Shown here piece after piece: positions 31,988 to 42,964 of a stretch of 64,000 bases of DNA (positions are counted from its first letter, which is position 1; each line of letters begins with the position of its first letter). The stretch covers positions 3,264,001 to 3,328,000 of the forward strand of contig OY771587.1 of NCBI GenBank assembly GCA_963674825.1. Reading direction: 5' to 3'. Below the pieces are notes generated by a model. That model ran no database searches. It was given only the letters and a program-made list of their open reading frames with translations, and had not been told where the DNA came from. The DNA comes from Candidatus Cloacimonadales bacterium. Lineage in GTDB: Bacteria > Cloacimonadota > Cloacimonadia > Cloacimonadales > JAIOQZ01. The translations under genes and the position numbers were made by a program.

Positions 31988-32584
31988 TTATGCCTCGCCC
32001 AGAGCCCAACGAACGAAGCGAGCGACCTGGATATTCTCTCCAAGCTTGGCGACGGCTTCGGTTACGATGTCGCCGACGGTCTTTTCCGGATCCTTCACGA
32101 ATTCTTGCTGAAGCAGGCAATTCTGTTGGATGTACTTCTTGACCTGTCCATCAACGATACGATCGACGATGTTTTCGGGCTTGCCGTCGTTGAGGGCTTT
32201 ATTGCGATAGATTTCTCTTTCGTTTTCAACTTTCTTGAGATCGATACCGTTTTCATCAACAGCCATCGGATTGCTTGCTGCGATGTGCATGGCGATATCT
32301 TTGCAGAGATCCTGGAAAGCATCGGTGCGGGATACGAAGTCGGTTTCGCAGTTGACTTCGACCAGTACGCCGATTCTGCCATTGGTGTGGATATAGGAAT
32401 AAATAAGTCCTTCGCTGGTGGAGCGATCTGCTTTGGCTTCAGCTTTGCTGATGCCTTTTTCACGCAGGTATTTTACCGCTTTTTCCATATCGCCGTCAGA
32501 CTTGGACAGGGCTTTCTTGCAGTCCATCATGCCGACGCCGGTTTTCTCGCGTAACTCTTTTACCATTTGTGCTGTAATATTCAT
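31988..32584 (-). CDS. tsf: Elongation factor Ts (short form)
   Basis: VKELREKTGVGMMDCKKAL, EVNCETDFV. Confidence 0.97.
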   Translation of the reverse strand: MNITAQMVKELREKTGVGMMDCKKALSKSDGDMEKAVKYLREKGISKAEAKADRSTSEGLIYSYIHTNGRIGVLVEVNCETDFVSRTDAFQDLCKDIAMHIAASNPMAVDENGIDLKKVENEREIYRNKALNDGKPENIVDRIVDGQVKKYIQQNCLLQQEFVKDPEKTVGDIVTEAVAKLGENIQVARFVRWALGEA

Positions 32585-32633
32585 TTGTCCCCCAATTATG
32601 AAGAGCTGTACAGTTAATATATGTTTCAAATGA

Positions 32634-32658
32634 AAGGGAGAGACAGCGTCTCTCCCTT
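32634..32658 (-). terminator. Strong hairpin between rpsB and tsf (weak terminator or processing element)
   Basis: AAGGGAGAGAC-AGC-GTCTCTCCCTT perfect 11-bp stem with only a weak U tract. Confidence 0.6.
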
Positions 32659-32667
32659 CACAAAGGA

Positions 32668-33576
32668 TTATTCGCTGGCCTGAACTTCAGGTTTTCTACG
32701 TTTCGGTTTTTCGGTCTTTTCGCGAGGTTTCTTTTCCTCTTCATCAGCGTCGTCCGGCTTTTTGCGAAGACGTTTCTTTGGTACATCTTCATCATCGGTC
32801 ACAACGACTGCTTCTGTATCTTCTTCTGAATCTTCACTCAGAAGGTCAGCTGCATTTTCGGGCATTTCTGCCGCATCCGCTGCGCCTTCAGCATTCGCCT
32901 GACGTCCTTCGATGACGGCCTGGCCCATAATGCCGGCGATCAGGTGGATCGCACGGATGGCGTCGTCATTGGAAGGAATGACATAATCGATAACGTCTGG
33001 ATCACAGTTGGTGTCAACCATACCTACGATCGGGATACCGAGAACGTTCGCTTCGTGAACGGCAATTTCTTCACTCATGGTATCGACAACGAAGATTGCG
33101 CCCGGCAGACGGTCCATGCCACGGATACCGCCGAGAGCCTTCTCGATCTTGTCGTGTTTGCGACGCATTCTGGTCGCTTCCAGCTTGGTGAAGTTCTTTA
33201 TTGTTCCGTTTTCTTCGATTTCTTCAATGTATTCCATTGTTTCAACGCTGTTGCGGATCGTCTTCATGTTCGTGAGCATTCCGCCGTACCAGCGATGATT
33301 TACATAGAAAGCGCCACATTTCTTGGCGGCCTGCTCGATCGCATCGGCGGCCTGTTTCTTTGTTCCCACGAAGAGGACGTAGTCGCCCTTAGCCGAGGTT
33401 TCTTTCAAGAACATGTAGGCTTCGTTGATGGCATCCACGGTCTGCTTGAGATCGAGAATGTGAATACCGTTTCTCTTTATAAAGATGAACTTCTTCATCT
33501 TGGGGTTCCATTTGTGGGTCTGATGACCGAAGTGGACACCCGCTTCCAGCAATTGTTTCATGCTGACTACTGACAT
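32668..33576 (-). CDS. rpsB: 30S ribosomal protein S2 with charged C-terminal tail
   Basis: [43 protein letters not shown]. Confidence 0.97.
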   Translation of the reverse strand: MSVVSMKQLLEAGVHFGHQTHKWNPKMKKFIFIKRNGIHILDLKQTVDAINEAYMFLKETSAKGDYVLFVGTKKQAADAIEQAAKKCGAFYVNHRWYGGMLTNMKTIRNSVETMEYIEEIEENGTIKNFTKLEATRMRRKHDKIEKALGGIRGMDRLPGAIFVVDTMSEEIAVHEANVLGIPIVGMVDTNCDPDVIDYVIPSNDDAIRAIHLIAGIMGQAVIEGRQANAEGAADAAEMPENAADLLSEDSEEDTEAVVVTDDEDVPKKRLRKKPDDADEEEKKPREKTEKPKRRKPEVQASE

Positions 33577-33681
33577 TGTTTCTCCTTTGATACGGTTTCT
33601 TCCAAGAAAGGGATTTCCGCAATACAATCCCGGATCAACGGGACACCGCTTTGCAACTCCCTCTCCGATTCTGTTTACAGA

Positions 33682-34068
33682 TTAGCGTTTCGAGAACTGG
33701 AAGCGCTTACGGGCTTTCGGGCGACCCGCCTTCTTGCGTTCCACCATTCGCGGATCACGTGTAAGCAGTCCGTTTTTCTTAAGGACGCCCCGGAGCTCTT
33801 CGTCGTATTTACACAATGCGCGTGAAATACCATGACGAATCGCACCTGCCTGCCCAGACAAGCCACCGCCTGTCACATTGACGCGAAGATCGAATTTGTC
33901 AGACATGCCGACCAGCTTGAACGGCTGTTCCACGATCATTTCCAAAATCTCACGGGCAAGGTAATCCTTCATCGGCTTGTCATTGATAATGCGTTTGCCG
34001 GTGCCGGGGGTTATGCGTACGCGTGCACTTGCATTTTTTCTTCTGCCTGTTGCATCGAAATATTGCAT
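33682..34068 (-). CDS. rpsI: 30S ribosomal protein S9
   Basis: [29 protein letters not shown]. Confidence 0.97.
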   Translation of the reverse strand: MQYFDATGRRKNASARVRITPGTGKRIINDKPMKDYLAREILEMIVEQPFKLVGMSDKFDLRVNVTGGGLSGQAGAIRHGISRALCKYDEELRGVLKKNGLLTRDPRMVERKKAGRPKARKRFQFSKR

Positions 34069-34079
34069 CCAATTTCCTC

Positions 34080-34508
34080 CTACAGTTCCCAAACCTTAGG
34101 CTCTTGAGCCACGTGCGGGTGTTCGGGTCCGGTGTAGACTTTCAGTTTCTTGTAGATTTTTCTTCCTAATGCGTTCTTGGGAAGCATTCCCTTGATCGCG
34201 TGCTGTATTACGTGTTCCGGTTTTTCTTCCATAACACGACGAATCGGGGTCTCTTTAAGACCACCCGGGAAACCGCTGTAGCGCTGATACGTTTTATGAA
34301 GCAGCTTGTTACCAGTCAGTTTGACCTTTTCGGCGTTGATAATGATGACATAGTCACCGTTATCCAAGTTATGGGAGAAGAACGGTTTGTGCTTACCACG
34401 CAGGATAGCAGCGACCGTTGAGGACAGTCTTCCCAAAACCTGATCGGTGGCATCGATCACGTACCAGTTGTTCTCCAACTGATTCAGTTTTGGCGTAAGT
34501 GTTCTCAT
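34080..34508 (-). CDS. rplM: 50S ribosomal protein L13
   Basis: WYVIDA, LGRL, LRGKHKP, KGMLPKN, HPHVAQ. Confidence 0.97.
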   Translation of the reverse strand: MRTLTPKLNQLENNWYVIDATDQVLGRLSSTVAAILRGKHKPFFSHNLDNGDYVIIINAEKVKLTGNKLLHKTYQRYSGFPGGLKETPIRRVMEEKPEHVIQHAIKGMLPKNALGRKIYKKLKVYTGPEHPHVAQEPKVWEL

Positions 34509-34623
34509 TTCAACTCCTTTCGATATATTACACGAAAACGTGACAAAATATTGACACGCCCGTTATCGTGTCAAGATAAATACAACGATTTCAATCTATA
34601 AATCCGCATTCGTGTCCGCAGCC

Positions 34624-35127
34624 CTATTCATAAAAGCTCATGCGGAACGTGTAGCTCATCTCTTTTTCCACATCCAGATGCCAGCCTTTGACGATTGCCT
34701 CAACTTCTGATATAAAGCTTTTCGTAAAGCTACTCTCTGCATCAGGCTCGAGTGTTGCAGATTTCACGTCGCCATTTGAAGCGAACACGACCGTGATTCT
34801 CATGCTGCCTTGCATGGGCACAACCTGACGTCTTTGTTTGTAAAGCCGCTGAATCTTCGGTTTGAACGCTTGCACGTAGCGAGGCAGATCTTCTTCTTTA
34901 ATAGTGCCTTTCTTGGTGACGGTTTGCTTTCGTGGTTCCGGTTTGGGTGCCGGACGCTTCTTCGGTGCTGGCGGAACGGGTGGTTTGGGTGGGGCAGGTG
35001 GTGCCAAGGGCGCGACGACGGCAACGGTATCCTTCGCTGCAGACTCTGCCTTCGGCGGTTTCTTGCCACAGCCGGTAACGACTGCGCCGATAGTGATGAT
35101 AGATATTATCCATATCGCAATTCGCAT
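34624..35127 (-). CDS. Proline-rich lipoprotein with TonB_C/AgmX-PglI-like C-terminal domain
   Basis: Lipobox VVTGC; PAPPKPPVPPAP linker; C-terminal beta-beta-alpha-beta pattern. Confidence 0.55.
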   Translation of the reverse strand: MRIAIWIISIITIGAVVTGCGKKPPKAESAAKDTVAVVAPLAPPAPPKPPVPPAPKKRPAPKPEPRKQTVTKKGTIKEEDLPRYVQAFKPKIQRLYKQRRQVVPMQGSMRITVVFASNGDVKSATLEPDAESSFTKSFISEVEAIVKGWHLDVEKEMSYTFRMSFYE

Positions 35128-35208
35128 GAATCCTCCATGTAATTCGAATAAGATTGTCATGATACATAATGGATAGATTGGGTCAATCAAAAAGGTAACG
35201 GAAAATAC

Positions 35209-35928
35209 TTATAGTTCGAACTCGATTCGAAGGGTGCTGCCGTTTGCATGGACATTGCTGCTGAAATGGTGGATTATATCGATACCGTGCTGTCGGGCTT
35301 CATGGGAAGGCTCTGTTCTGCGGTAGATGTTTTGGAGGTCGCAATCTTTGCCTTCATCGCTCACTTCCACAAAGAGCTTGTTTGAATTCCCGTCCACAAT
35401 CAGCGAAAGCTCGACATTCTTGCTGCAATCAGATTTATTGCCGTGTAAAATGGCATTTGCGATAACTTCACGCAGAACGAGCGAGATTCGCATCAGGATG
35501 ACTTCGCTGGATACTTTGTGCAGTTGGCGTAAGAAACCGAGGGCGCAATTGAGGAGGTTCTCCGTTTCAGAAAACACACCTGAAATTCGACAATGCAAGG
35601 AGCTATGAGAGTTTGTGCTCAGGTCGAGAACATTGCGGACCATTTTACTCAGGTAAATTTCGTTAGGGTTACCGGAGTAGATGAAGTGCAGATTCTTCTC
35701 CAGGCTACGTCGGTTAGAGAAGAGCTCGCGCAATTCATGGATTTCCGCGAGAATAAGCCTTGTGTTCACAGATGAATCGGGAGCGTCTTCGAGCATGGAT
35801 GGTACGTCGTCAAACAAAATAACGTGGTAATCACCAAATGCGGATGTACGTCCGCGAATCGGATAATCTGCATCACCGACGATGCGATTGAAGTACGATC
35901 TTGTAACGTTCAGCAGTATCTCACCCAT
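35209..35928 (-). CDS. RsbW-like HATPase_c (anti-sigma factor kinase) domain protein
   Basis: EVIANAILHGN, VEVSDEG, degenerate RQHGIDII box. Confidence 0.7.
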   Translation of the reverse strand: MGEILLNVTRSYFNRIVGDADYPIRGRTSAFGDYHVILFDDVPSMLEDAPDSSVNTRLILAEIHELRELFSNRRSLEKNLHFIYSGNPNEIYLSKMVRNVLDLSTNSHSSLHCRISGVFSETENLLNCALGFLRQLHKVSSEVILMRISLVLREVIANAILHGNKSDCSKNVELSLIVDGNSNKLFVEVSDEGKDCDLQNIYRRTEPSHEARQHGIDIIHHFSSNVHANGSTLRIEFEL

Positions 35929-36090
35929 AATCTTTCCTGTTCGAATCCTCTACTATAGAAGATACCCCATTGGAAGCGGCCCCAAAATAAAAAAACGAAC
36001 TTTAATAACACGATTGGAAGAGGCTGAGGAAATGACTTGACATCAATGATTGACCGAACAGAATAATTGTATCACGAGAAGAGCAGGGAG

Positions 36091-37521
36091 ATGATGAGCC
36101 GTCTGATTGTTATATTTGTAATCTTTTTCGTACTTTCTGTCACATGCACTGTCGCCCAGGATACCATCGAAGATCTGATGGACAGGGAACGTATGCGCAC
36201 AAGCAATGATCGTATTAACCAGGTTCTTGACCTATCCGATGTCTATATTCAGACAGATCCGGCAAAGGCTTCGATGCTTGCCGAACAAGCGCTGACGCTA
36301 TCGAAGAAAATGTCGATTCAGGAAGGCGAGGTTGGCGCTCGAGCCAATATCGGGCTTTCATACTATTTCAAAGGCGATAATCAGATCGCGGTTGATAATA
36401 TCCTTCAAGCGCTGACCATTGCGAAGGAACTCAAGCTTTATCGGCAGGAATCGCTCCTTATGAAGTACCTCTCCGTTATCTATGAGAAGATGGGAGAGAA
36501 GGATAAAGCGCTCGAAATGCGGATTCAGAGCGTTGCTGCCGAAGAAAGCGCGATCAAACAGGAAGCCATGCGCAAGGCGAGTAAGTTCGATACGGTCGCT
36601 ATCGCCAAGGCAATCGACGACACGTTACTATCGAAAGTCAGCCAGAAGAAGATGGATGTCCTCAAGGATAAATACGAGTATGAGATCCATAAGATAGAGA
36701 CAAAGACGGACCTACTCGAGAAGCAGGCTGAGAAAAAGAGACGCGAGATCGATTCGATTATGGTGGAGAAGCAGGAAAAGGAAAACAAGATCAATTACCT
36801 GGTTCAGGAATCGCAACTGAAGGAACTCGAGCTTTCGCGGCAGCGGACGATGATGTTCACGTTCATCGTTGTAATCGGGTTGATCATGATCCTGTTTTTC
36901 GTGCTGCTCAGTCTTTACCGTTTCAAAAACCGCGCTCTACGAGAACTGAAGTATGCCAACATGGAGATCAGCCTTAAGAATGAAGAGCTGCTCAAGGCTT
37001 ATGAGAAGCTGGAACAACTGGCTCGTACCGATCCATTGACCGGCCTCTCGAATCGTCGTGATATGCTTGAGAAAATCGAGTACGAGAAGCGCAGATGCGA
37101 TCGCTCGGGCAATCCCTTCGTGTTATCGATCGGAGATATCGATCACTTCAAGACAATCAATGACACATACGGCCATGATGCGGGTGACTATGTGCTTACC
37201 GAGATCTCCAAGCTGATGACCACCATGCTGCGTAAACAGGACATCGTGGGTCGTTGGGGTGGCGAAGAATTCCTTTTATTCTTCCCGGATACACCGCTTG
37301 AAGGTGGGCATATCGTTACGGAAAAAGTCCGGGGAGCGATCAATGAGCACACGTTCGAATTCAATGGACAGATCATACAGGTCTCTATGACACTTGGTGT
37401 TTGCCAGTACGATAAAGGAATGACGATCGATGGTTGCCTCAAGAAAGCCGACCAGGCACTGTATCATGGCAAGGAACATGGCCGTAATCAGGTCGTTCTT
37501 TGCGCACAGGAGACAGTTTAG
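36091..37521 (+). CDS. Membrane diguanylate cyclase with extracytoplasmic TPR-like/coiled-coil sensor
   Basis: TDPLTGLSNRR, DIDHFKTINDTYGH, RKQD I-site, RWGGEEF; one TM helix before the cyclase domain. Confidence 0.92.
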   Translation: MMSRLIVIFVIFFVLSVTCTVAQDTIEDLMDRERMRTSNDRINQVLDLSDVYIQTDPAKASMLAEQALTLSKKMSIQEGEVGARANIGLSYYFKGDNQIAVDNILQALTIAKELKLYRQESLLMKYLSVIYEKMGEKDKALEMRIQSVAAEESAIKQEAMRKASKFDTVAIAKAIDDTLLSKVSQKKMDVLKDKYEYEIHKIETKTDLLEKQAEKKRREIDSIMVEKQEKENKINYLVQESQLKELELSRQRTMMFTFIVVIGLIMILFFVLLSLYRFKNRALRELKYANMEISLKNEELLKAYEKLEQLARTDPLTGLSNRRDMLEKIEYEKRRCDRSGNPFVLSIGDIDHFKTINDTYGHDAGDYVLTEISKLMTTMLRKQDIVGRWGGEEFLLFFPDTPLEGGHIVTEKVRGAINEHTFEFNGQIIQVSMTLGVCQYDKGMTIDGCLKKADQALYHGKEHGRNQVVLCAQETV

Positions 37522-37725
37522 ATTACCCTGAAGCGTATCTAAAGCAATTTCACGTACCGAATATAGAACCCGAAATAGTAGATTCGTACCTCACAATTCC
37601 CCTGTTCACGATTGTTGGAGAATTGAGAGAACGCATCCTGTCTATCGTGAATTTCTCATTGACAAAATGTTCGGTCGAGAAGGTCATGTTTAATTGTTGC
37701 TATAAAGCTGAAAGGAAGGAACCAG

Positions 37726-38745
37726 ATGCCGAAGATTATGCTTGTAACCGGAGGTGCGGGATTTATCGGGTCAAACTACATTCGCTATCTGCTCAATAAC
37801 CGTGCCGATCTTAAGATCATCAACTTCGACAAGCTGACCGCAGCAGGAAATCTTTCCAATCTTTCCAGCCTGGCCAATCACCCAAATTATTATTTTGTGC
37901 GCGGTGACATCACCGATCATCGCGATGTGGAAGACGTGTTCGATCGCTTCAATCCTGACATCGTGATGCATTTCGCGGCTGAGATGTACACCGATCGATA
38001 CATTGCAAATCCCGATTCCTTCGTTCATACGAACATCGTAGGAACCCACAACGTCATTTTGCAGATCCTGGCGCATTCACCACAGAAGTGCATCTACTTC
38101 TCTACGGAAGAGGTCTATGGCGCATCATCCGGACAGCATCGGTACGGTGAAGATTCCGCGCTGTCGCCCATCAATGCCTATTCCGCCAGCAAGGCATCTG
38201 CTGAGATGCTCTGGCACGCTGTGATCGAAGACGACAACCTGCCGGTGAACATCGTGCGCTGCACCAGTGCGTACGGACCATTTCAGTTTCCGGATAAGCT
38301 CATCGCGGCGATTATCTGCGGCGTTCTGAAAGAACAGGAAATCCGGTTGGTCGCTAACGCGATGACCACGCGCGATTTCATCCACATCTTCGATGTCTGT
38401 TCCGCGCTTGATATGGTGCTGGAACGCGGCGAAGATGGCGAGACTTACAACATCGGCACCGAATCGGAGATCGAAATCGCGGTGCTAATCCGCAAGCTAC
38501 TGACAATGCTCGATGAACCGGAGCATACGGTAAGCTATATCCGTAAAAAAACTCCGCTTCCGCAGCGTTTTGCAATCGATACGACAAGAATTCGCAGATC
38601 GCTGGGCTGGAAGCCTCGTATATTGCTGGAGGATGGACTCCTGCAAACCATCGAATGGTATCGAAATCACACTGAATGGATTCAAGAGCTTGAATCCGGA
38701 AGATACATGGAGTATTATGACCTTTATTACAATCAAGAAACCTGA
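37726..38745 (+). CDS. dTDP-glucose 4,6-dehydratase-like SDR (divergent active site)
   Basis: VTGGAGFIGSN, DKLT, YSASK, GPFQFPDKLI. Confidence 0.8.
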   Translation: MPKIMLVTGGAGFIGSNYIRYLLNNRADLKIINFDKLTAAGNLSNLSSLANHPNYYFVRGDITDHRDVEDVFDRFNPDIVMHFAAEMYTDRYIANPDSFVHTNIVGTHNVILQILAHSPQKCIYFSTEEVYGASSGQHRYGEDSALSPINAYSASKASAEMLWHAVIEDDNLPVNIVRCTSAYGPFQFPDKLIAAIICGVLKEQEIRLVANAMTTRDFIHIFDVCSALDMVLERGEDGETYNIGTESEIEIAVLIRKLLTMLDEPEHTVSYIRKKTPLPQRFAIDTTRIRRSLGWKPRILLEDGLLQTIEWYRNHTEWIQELESGRYMEYYDLYYNQET

Positions 38746-40255
38746 TCGAAAGACAATCCTTCAATATCTTGTCGCAATCTCGTTAATTCTGCTCGTTACA
38801 GCCTGTTCCACTGTGAAAACCTACTATCGATCGATGACTGAAGAGGATCAATCCGAGGCTGAGTTGGTCGACGAAGAACAACCAATCGAAGAAGAATCTA
38901 CCGATAGCGTGGCGGTCGTGGATGAAAACGCCATCCTGATCCAGCAATTGCAACGCATGGTTGACAGCCTTCAGTTTCAGGTGGATTCATTGAGCCTGGA
39001 ACTTGAGACCTCAAACAGCCGCGTCGCTGTCTGCACGGATTTCATGATTCCGGATTCCATCGTGTTTGCCGGTACAACGTTTAACCTCCACAACGAGCGC
39101 ATTTACGCCAAATTCGAAGAAATTTATCAGAATGAGCTGAAGTCGGCGCACCGGTTTATCCCACGCAGCGGTAAGTATTTCCCGGTGTTCGATTCCATCT
39201 TCACCGAGCAGGAAGTTCCGCTGGATGCGAAATATCTGGCGATCGCGGAAAGTGGCTTGAACACGGTTGCGCAATCATGGGTTGGCGCGATGGGGCCATG
39301 GCAGTTCATGAAAACCACCGCGAAGGGTTATGATCTCAAGATCGACAACTTCGTCGATGAGCGGCGAAACGTTTTCAAATCCACCGTCGCTGCCGCAAAG
39401 TACCTCAAGAACGCGAAGAGAATGCTCAGTGAACAGGGCGCGGATGACTGGCTTCTGGCCATGGCCGCTTACAACGCGGGGCCTGGTGCGATTATCCGTG
39501 AGGTCAAGAATCAGGGCGGGAAGGACTTCTTCAGCCTGATCATGCGTGTCGATGAGACGAATCGCTATGTGTGGCGCGCAGTGGCGATCAAGATGATTTT
39601 CGAGAATGAAGAGGCGATTTTCGGTAAGAAATTCGAGCGCGAGACATCATTGCTGGACGAAACCCGCAGCGTAAAGCTCAACCTGAAGGGACATTACAAG
39701 ATTGACGACTGGGCAAAAGCGCAGGGTACGACGGTCAGCAAGGTGTGGGAATACAACCCATGGATCGAGATCTATCAGACCAAGCGGACAAAGTACACGC
39801 CAATCAACGAAGTGGTGCTGCCTCCGGGTGAGTTCGATATTCTTCTTCCCAAGGAAAGCGTTCCGGACACGGGCGAGATTGCGAAAATCGAGAAGAAATT
39901 CCTGGAAAAAAATAGTGGTTACTTCAAGTATCACACGGTACAGGCAGGTGACAACCTTTACAACATCGCGAGGAAATACAAGACGACGGTCGCGAATATC
40001 AAAGCGATCAACAATCTGAAGAACGACACGATCCATCCAGGACAGAAGCTCAAGCTCCACGGGACTCCCGGAAGCGGTGGAAGCTCCTCTTCAGGCGGTG
40101 TTTACGTGGTGAATAAGGGTGATTCAATCAGCTCGATCGCCAAGCACCTCAAAGTGACTTCGAGCCATCTGATTGCGAAGAACAACCTCAAGGTGAAAGA
40201 TAACGGCGGCTCGAAAGTAGTGATCATCTATCCAGGGCAGAAGCTGAAATACTGA
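38717..40255 (+). CDS. mltD: MltD-like lytic transglycosylase lipoprotein with two LysM domains
   Basis: Lipobox VTAC; AIAES, GPWQFM, AAYNAG, ETNRYV; LysM HTVQAGDNLYNIA and YVVNKGDSISSIA. Confidence 0.85.
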   Translation: MTFITIKKPDRKTILQYLVAISLILLVTACSTVKTYYRSMTEEDQSEAELVDEEQPIEEESTDSVAVVDENAILIQQLQRMVDSLQFQVDSLSLELETSNSRVAVCTDFMIPDSIVFAGTTFNLHNERIYAKFEEIYQNELKSAHRFIPRSGKYFPVFDSIFTEQEVPLDAKYLAIAESGLNTVAQSWVGAMGPWQFMKTTAKGYDLKIDNFVDERRNVFKSTVAAAKYLKNAKRMLSEQGADDWLLAMAAYNAGPGAIIREVKNQGGKDFFSLIMRVDETNRYVWRAVAIKMIFENEEAIFGKKFERETSLLDETRSVKLNLKGHYKIDDWAKAQGTTVSKVWEYNPWIEIYQTKRTKYTPINEVVLPPGEFDILLPKESVPDTGEIAKIEKKFLEKNSGYFKYHTVQAGDNLYNIARKYKTTVANIKAINNLKNDTIHPGQKLKLHGTPGSGGSSSSGGVYVVNKGDSISSIAKHLKVTSSHLIAKNNLKVKDNGGSKVVIIYPGQKLKY

Positions 40256-40698
40256 TGATAGAAATTCGTAGTATGACCGAAGCCGACTTGGAACAGGTTA
40301 TGCAAATAGAAAAGGAGTTGTTCAGTAATCCGTGGTCGGTGCAATCGATGCGCGGAGATATTCAGAGCAACACCAGTTGGGTAATGACGGAGGGCGATAT
40401 CGTCCTCGGTTATGTATGTGCGTACAAGGTTCTGGACGAGTGCCAGATCGCCAACGTCGCGATCCGCAAAGATGCCCAGCGCAGAGGGCTTGCAAGCAAG
40501 TTCCTTACATGGCTTATCGAACGCGAACATGCTTTGGGAAGCCGCTACTTCTTTCTCGAAGTGAGGTGTAGCAATATCGCCGCGAGAGGGTTGTACGAAA
40601 AGCTCGGCTTTGTCGAAGTGGGCGTTCGCAAAGGGTACTATGTGCGTCCGAATGAGGACGCGATTGTAATGATGCTGAACACGATTGAAGATGTTTAG
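40255..40698 (+). CDS. rimI: Ribosomal protein S18 alanine N-acetyltransferase
   Basis: GNAT motif QRRGLA, LEVRCSN, RKGYY..PNEDA. Confidence 0.9.
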   Translation: MIEIRSMTEADLEQVMQIEKELFSNPWSVQSMRGDIQSNTSWVMTEGDIVLGYVCAYKVLDECQIANVAIRKDAQRRGLASKFLTWLIEREHALGSRYFFLEVRCSNIAARGLYEKLGFVEVGVRKGYYVRPNEDAIVMMLNTIEDV

Positions 40699-40715
40699 CA
40701 TGAAAGGAAATTTCT

Positions 40716-42314
40716 ATGAAATGTTTTGATTTTCTTGTAATTGGCAGTGGTATTTCCGGCTTGGTTTACGCCGAGGAAGTGGCAAAATTCGGAAAAGTTG
40801 CGCTGCTGACTAAGAAGACGCTCGCCGATGGCGCAACTGACTTTGCTCAGGGCGGCATTGCGGCAGTTGTCAGTGAACTGGATACGTTCGACGAGCATAT
40901 CGTCGATACTTATAAAGCTGGGTCCGAGTTGGGAAAGCTTCCCATTATTCGGACAATCGTTGAAGAAGGCCCCACGGCGATCGACTACCTCATGAAGATC
41001 GGCACGAGTTTCACCATGGTCGATGATCATATAAAACGCTCGGTGGAGAATCTTGACCTGACTCGTGAAGGCGGTCATTCGCAGAAACGCGTGGTTCACT
41101 ATGCCGATTCAACCGGTCACGAGATCATGCGGGCTTTGATCAGGACGGTCAAGGCAAATCCCAATATCACCATCTTCGAAAACTATACAGCGATCGATCT
41201 TATCACGCAGCATCATGTTTTAAATGAAAAAGGATTTATCCCGGGTGTCTCCTGTTGGGGTGCTTACGCACTCGATGAGAAGACGGGTCACATTGAAGCA
41301 TTCCGCGCTCGGAAGACAATGCTGGCGACCGGGGGCGGAGCACAGGTTTACGCGCATACAACCAATCCGGAAGTCTGCACCGGCGACGGTTTCGCGATGG
41401 CGAAGCTGGCGGGTGCGAGGCTGGTCAACATGGAGTTCATCCAATTCCATCCAACCGTATTCTATTCGTTGATCGGGCAACCGTTCCTGGTGACAGAAGC
41501 GCTGCGTGGGGAAGGGGCTGTCCTGAAACTGAACGATGGCAGTACCTTCATGCAAAATTACCATGAAATGGGCAGTCTTGCTCCGCGTGATGTGGTATCA
41601 AGAGCGATGGACTTCGAACTCAAAAAGAGCGGCGCAAAGCATCTCTACCTTGACGCGACCGGCCTGCCTGAAGAGAAGATCCACAACCATTTCCCGAATA
41701 TCTATCGCAAATGCCTGGAGCAGAATGTAGATATTACAAAGCAACCCATTCCTGTTGCGCCGGCTGCGCATTACTTCTGCGGTGGTGTTCTGACCACGCA
41801 GGATGGCCTGACAGATGTGAAGAACCTCTTTGCCGCCGGCGAAGTGGCTTGTATCGGACTGCACGGTGCGAATCGTCTTGCCTCAAATTCGCTTCTGGAA
41901 GGGCTGGTCACAGCGCTCAGAGCGAGCCGGCATTCATCCAATCACGAAGAGGTCGATTTCCCGGAAATCCCCGAATGGCAGGATGTCGGTACGTACAACG
42001 AAAACGAATGGGTTGTTATCTCGCACAATCGCCAAAGCATCAAGAACATCATGCAGGGCTACGTGGGGATAACGCGCTCCAAACGGCTCCTCAAGTACGC
42101 GCGCCACAGGATGTTCAATATTTATACCGAGATTAACAACTTCTACAATCACAACAGCGTACGGCGAGAGGTGATCGAAACGCGTAACATGGCGATTGTC
42201 GCCAGCGCGATCATCCAGTCAGCGCTTGCTCGTAAAGAGAGTCGGGGCTTGCACTGCAACGTTGATTACCCTAACCGTGACGATGCGAACTACAAGAAGG
42301 ATACGATCATCTGA
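40716..42314 (+). CDS. nadB: L-aspartate oxidase
   Basis: AQGGIAA, TREGGHS, QFHPT, TEALRGEG, GLHGANRLASNSLLE, ESRGLH. Confidence 0.95.
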   Translation: MKCFDFLVIGSGISGLVYAEEVAKFGKVALLTKKTLADGATDFAQGGIAAVVSELDTFDEHIVDTYKAGSELGKLPIIRTIVEEGPTAIDYLMKIGTSFTMVDDHIKRSVENLDLTREGGHSQKRVVHYADSTGHEIMRALIRTVKANPNITIFENYTAIDLITQHHVLNEKGFIPGVSCWGAYALDEKTGHIEAFRARKTMLATGGGAQVYAHTTNPEVCTGDGFAMAKLAGARLVNMEFIQFHPTVFYSLIGQPFLVTEALRGEGAVLKLNDGSTFMQNYHEMGSLAPRDVVSRAMDFELKKSGAKHLYLDATGLPEEKIHNHFPNIYRKCLEQNVDITKQPIPVAPAAHYFCGGVLTTQDGLTDVKNLFAAGEVACIGLHGANRLASNSLLEGLVTALRASRHSSNHEEVDFPEIPEWQDVGTYNENEWVVISHNRQSIKNIMQGYVGITRSKRLLKYARHRMFNIYTEINNFYNHNSVRREVIETRNMAIVASAIIQSALARKESRGLHCNVDYPNRDDANYKKDTII

Positions 42315-42946
42315 TGAAAGAGAAGAAAGGCTTGTTCATCACCTTTGAAGGTATCGAAGGCTGTGGCAAATCGACTCAATCGAAGATGTTGCGGGATTAT
42401 CTCGAATCGTGTGGAAAGAGCGTGCTCTTGACCCGTGAACCGGGCGGACCGCTTATCTCTGAGAAGATACGCAGTTTGTTGCTCGATCCCGAGAATTCCG
42501 AGATGTTGCGCGAGACCGAACTCCTGCTCTATATGGCGAGCAGAAGTCAGCATACTGGGCAATGGATTATCCCAGCGCTCGAAGAGGGGAAGTACGTAAT
42601 ATCTGATCGATACAACGATTCCTCCATCGCCTATCAGGGCGCGGCACGAAAGCTCGATCTGAGCCAGATAGACGGCATTACGCGCTTTGCTACGTTCTCA
42701 TTGGTACCAGACATCACCTTTCTGATCGACCTCCCTGCAGAAAATGGACTTTGCAGGATCCAGCCGTGCGTTGCGGACCGGATCGAACAAGAGGATATCG
42801 AGTTCCATAAAAGGGTAAGACAGGGCTTTTTGGATGTTGCGAATAGAGAGCCGGGGCGTTTCTGTATTATAGATGGTCGCGGTACCATCGAAGAAATCCA
42901 TGTAGAGATTATCCGAAAAATGGATATATTATTGGAAACTGAGTAG
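42314..42946 (+). CDS. tmk: Thymidylate kinase
   Basis: FITFEGIEGCGKSTQ, TREPGG, SDRY..SSIAYQG. Confidence 0.96.
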   Translation: MKEKKGLFITFEGIEGCGKSTQSKMLRDYLESCGKSVLLTREPGGPLISEKIRSLLLDPENSEMLRETELLLYMASRSQHTGQWIIPALEEGKYVISDRYNDSSIAYQGAARKLDLSQIDGITRFATFSLVPDITFLIDLPAENGLCRIQPCVADRIEQEDIEFHKRVRQGFLDVANREPGRFCIIDGRGTIEEIHVEIIRKMDILLETE

Positions 42947-42964
42947 TAATCAATAACCGAGGTA

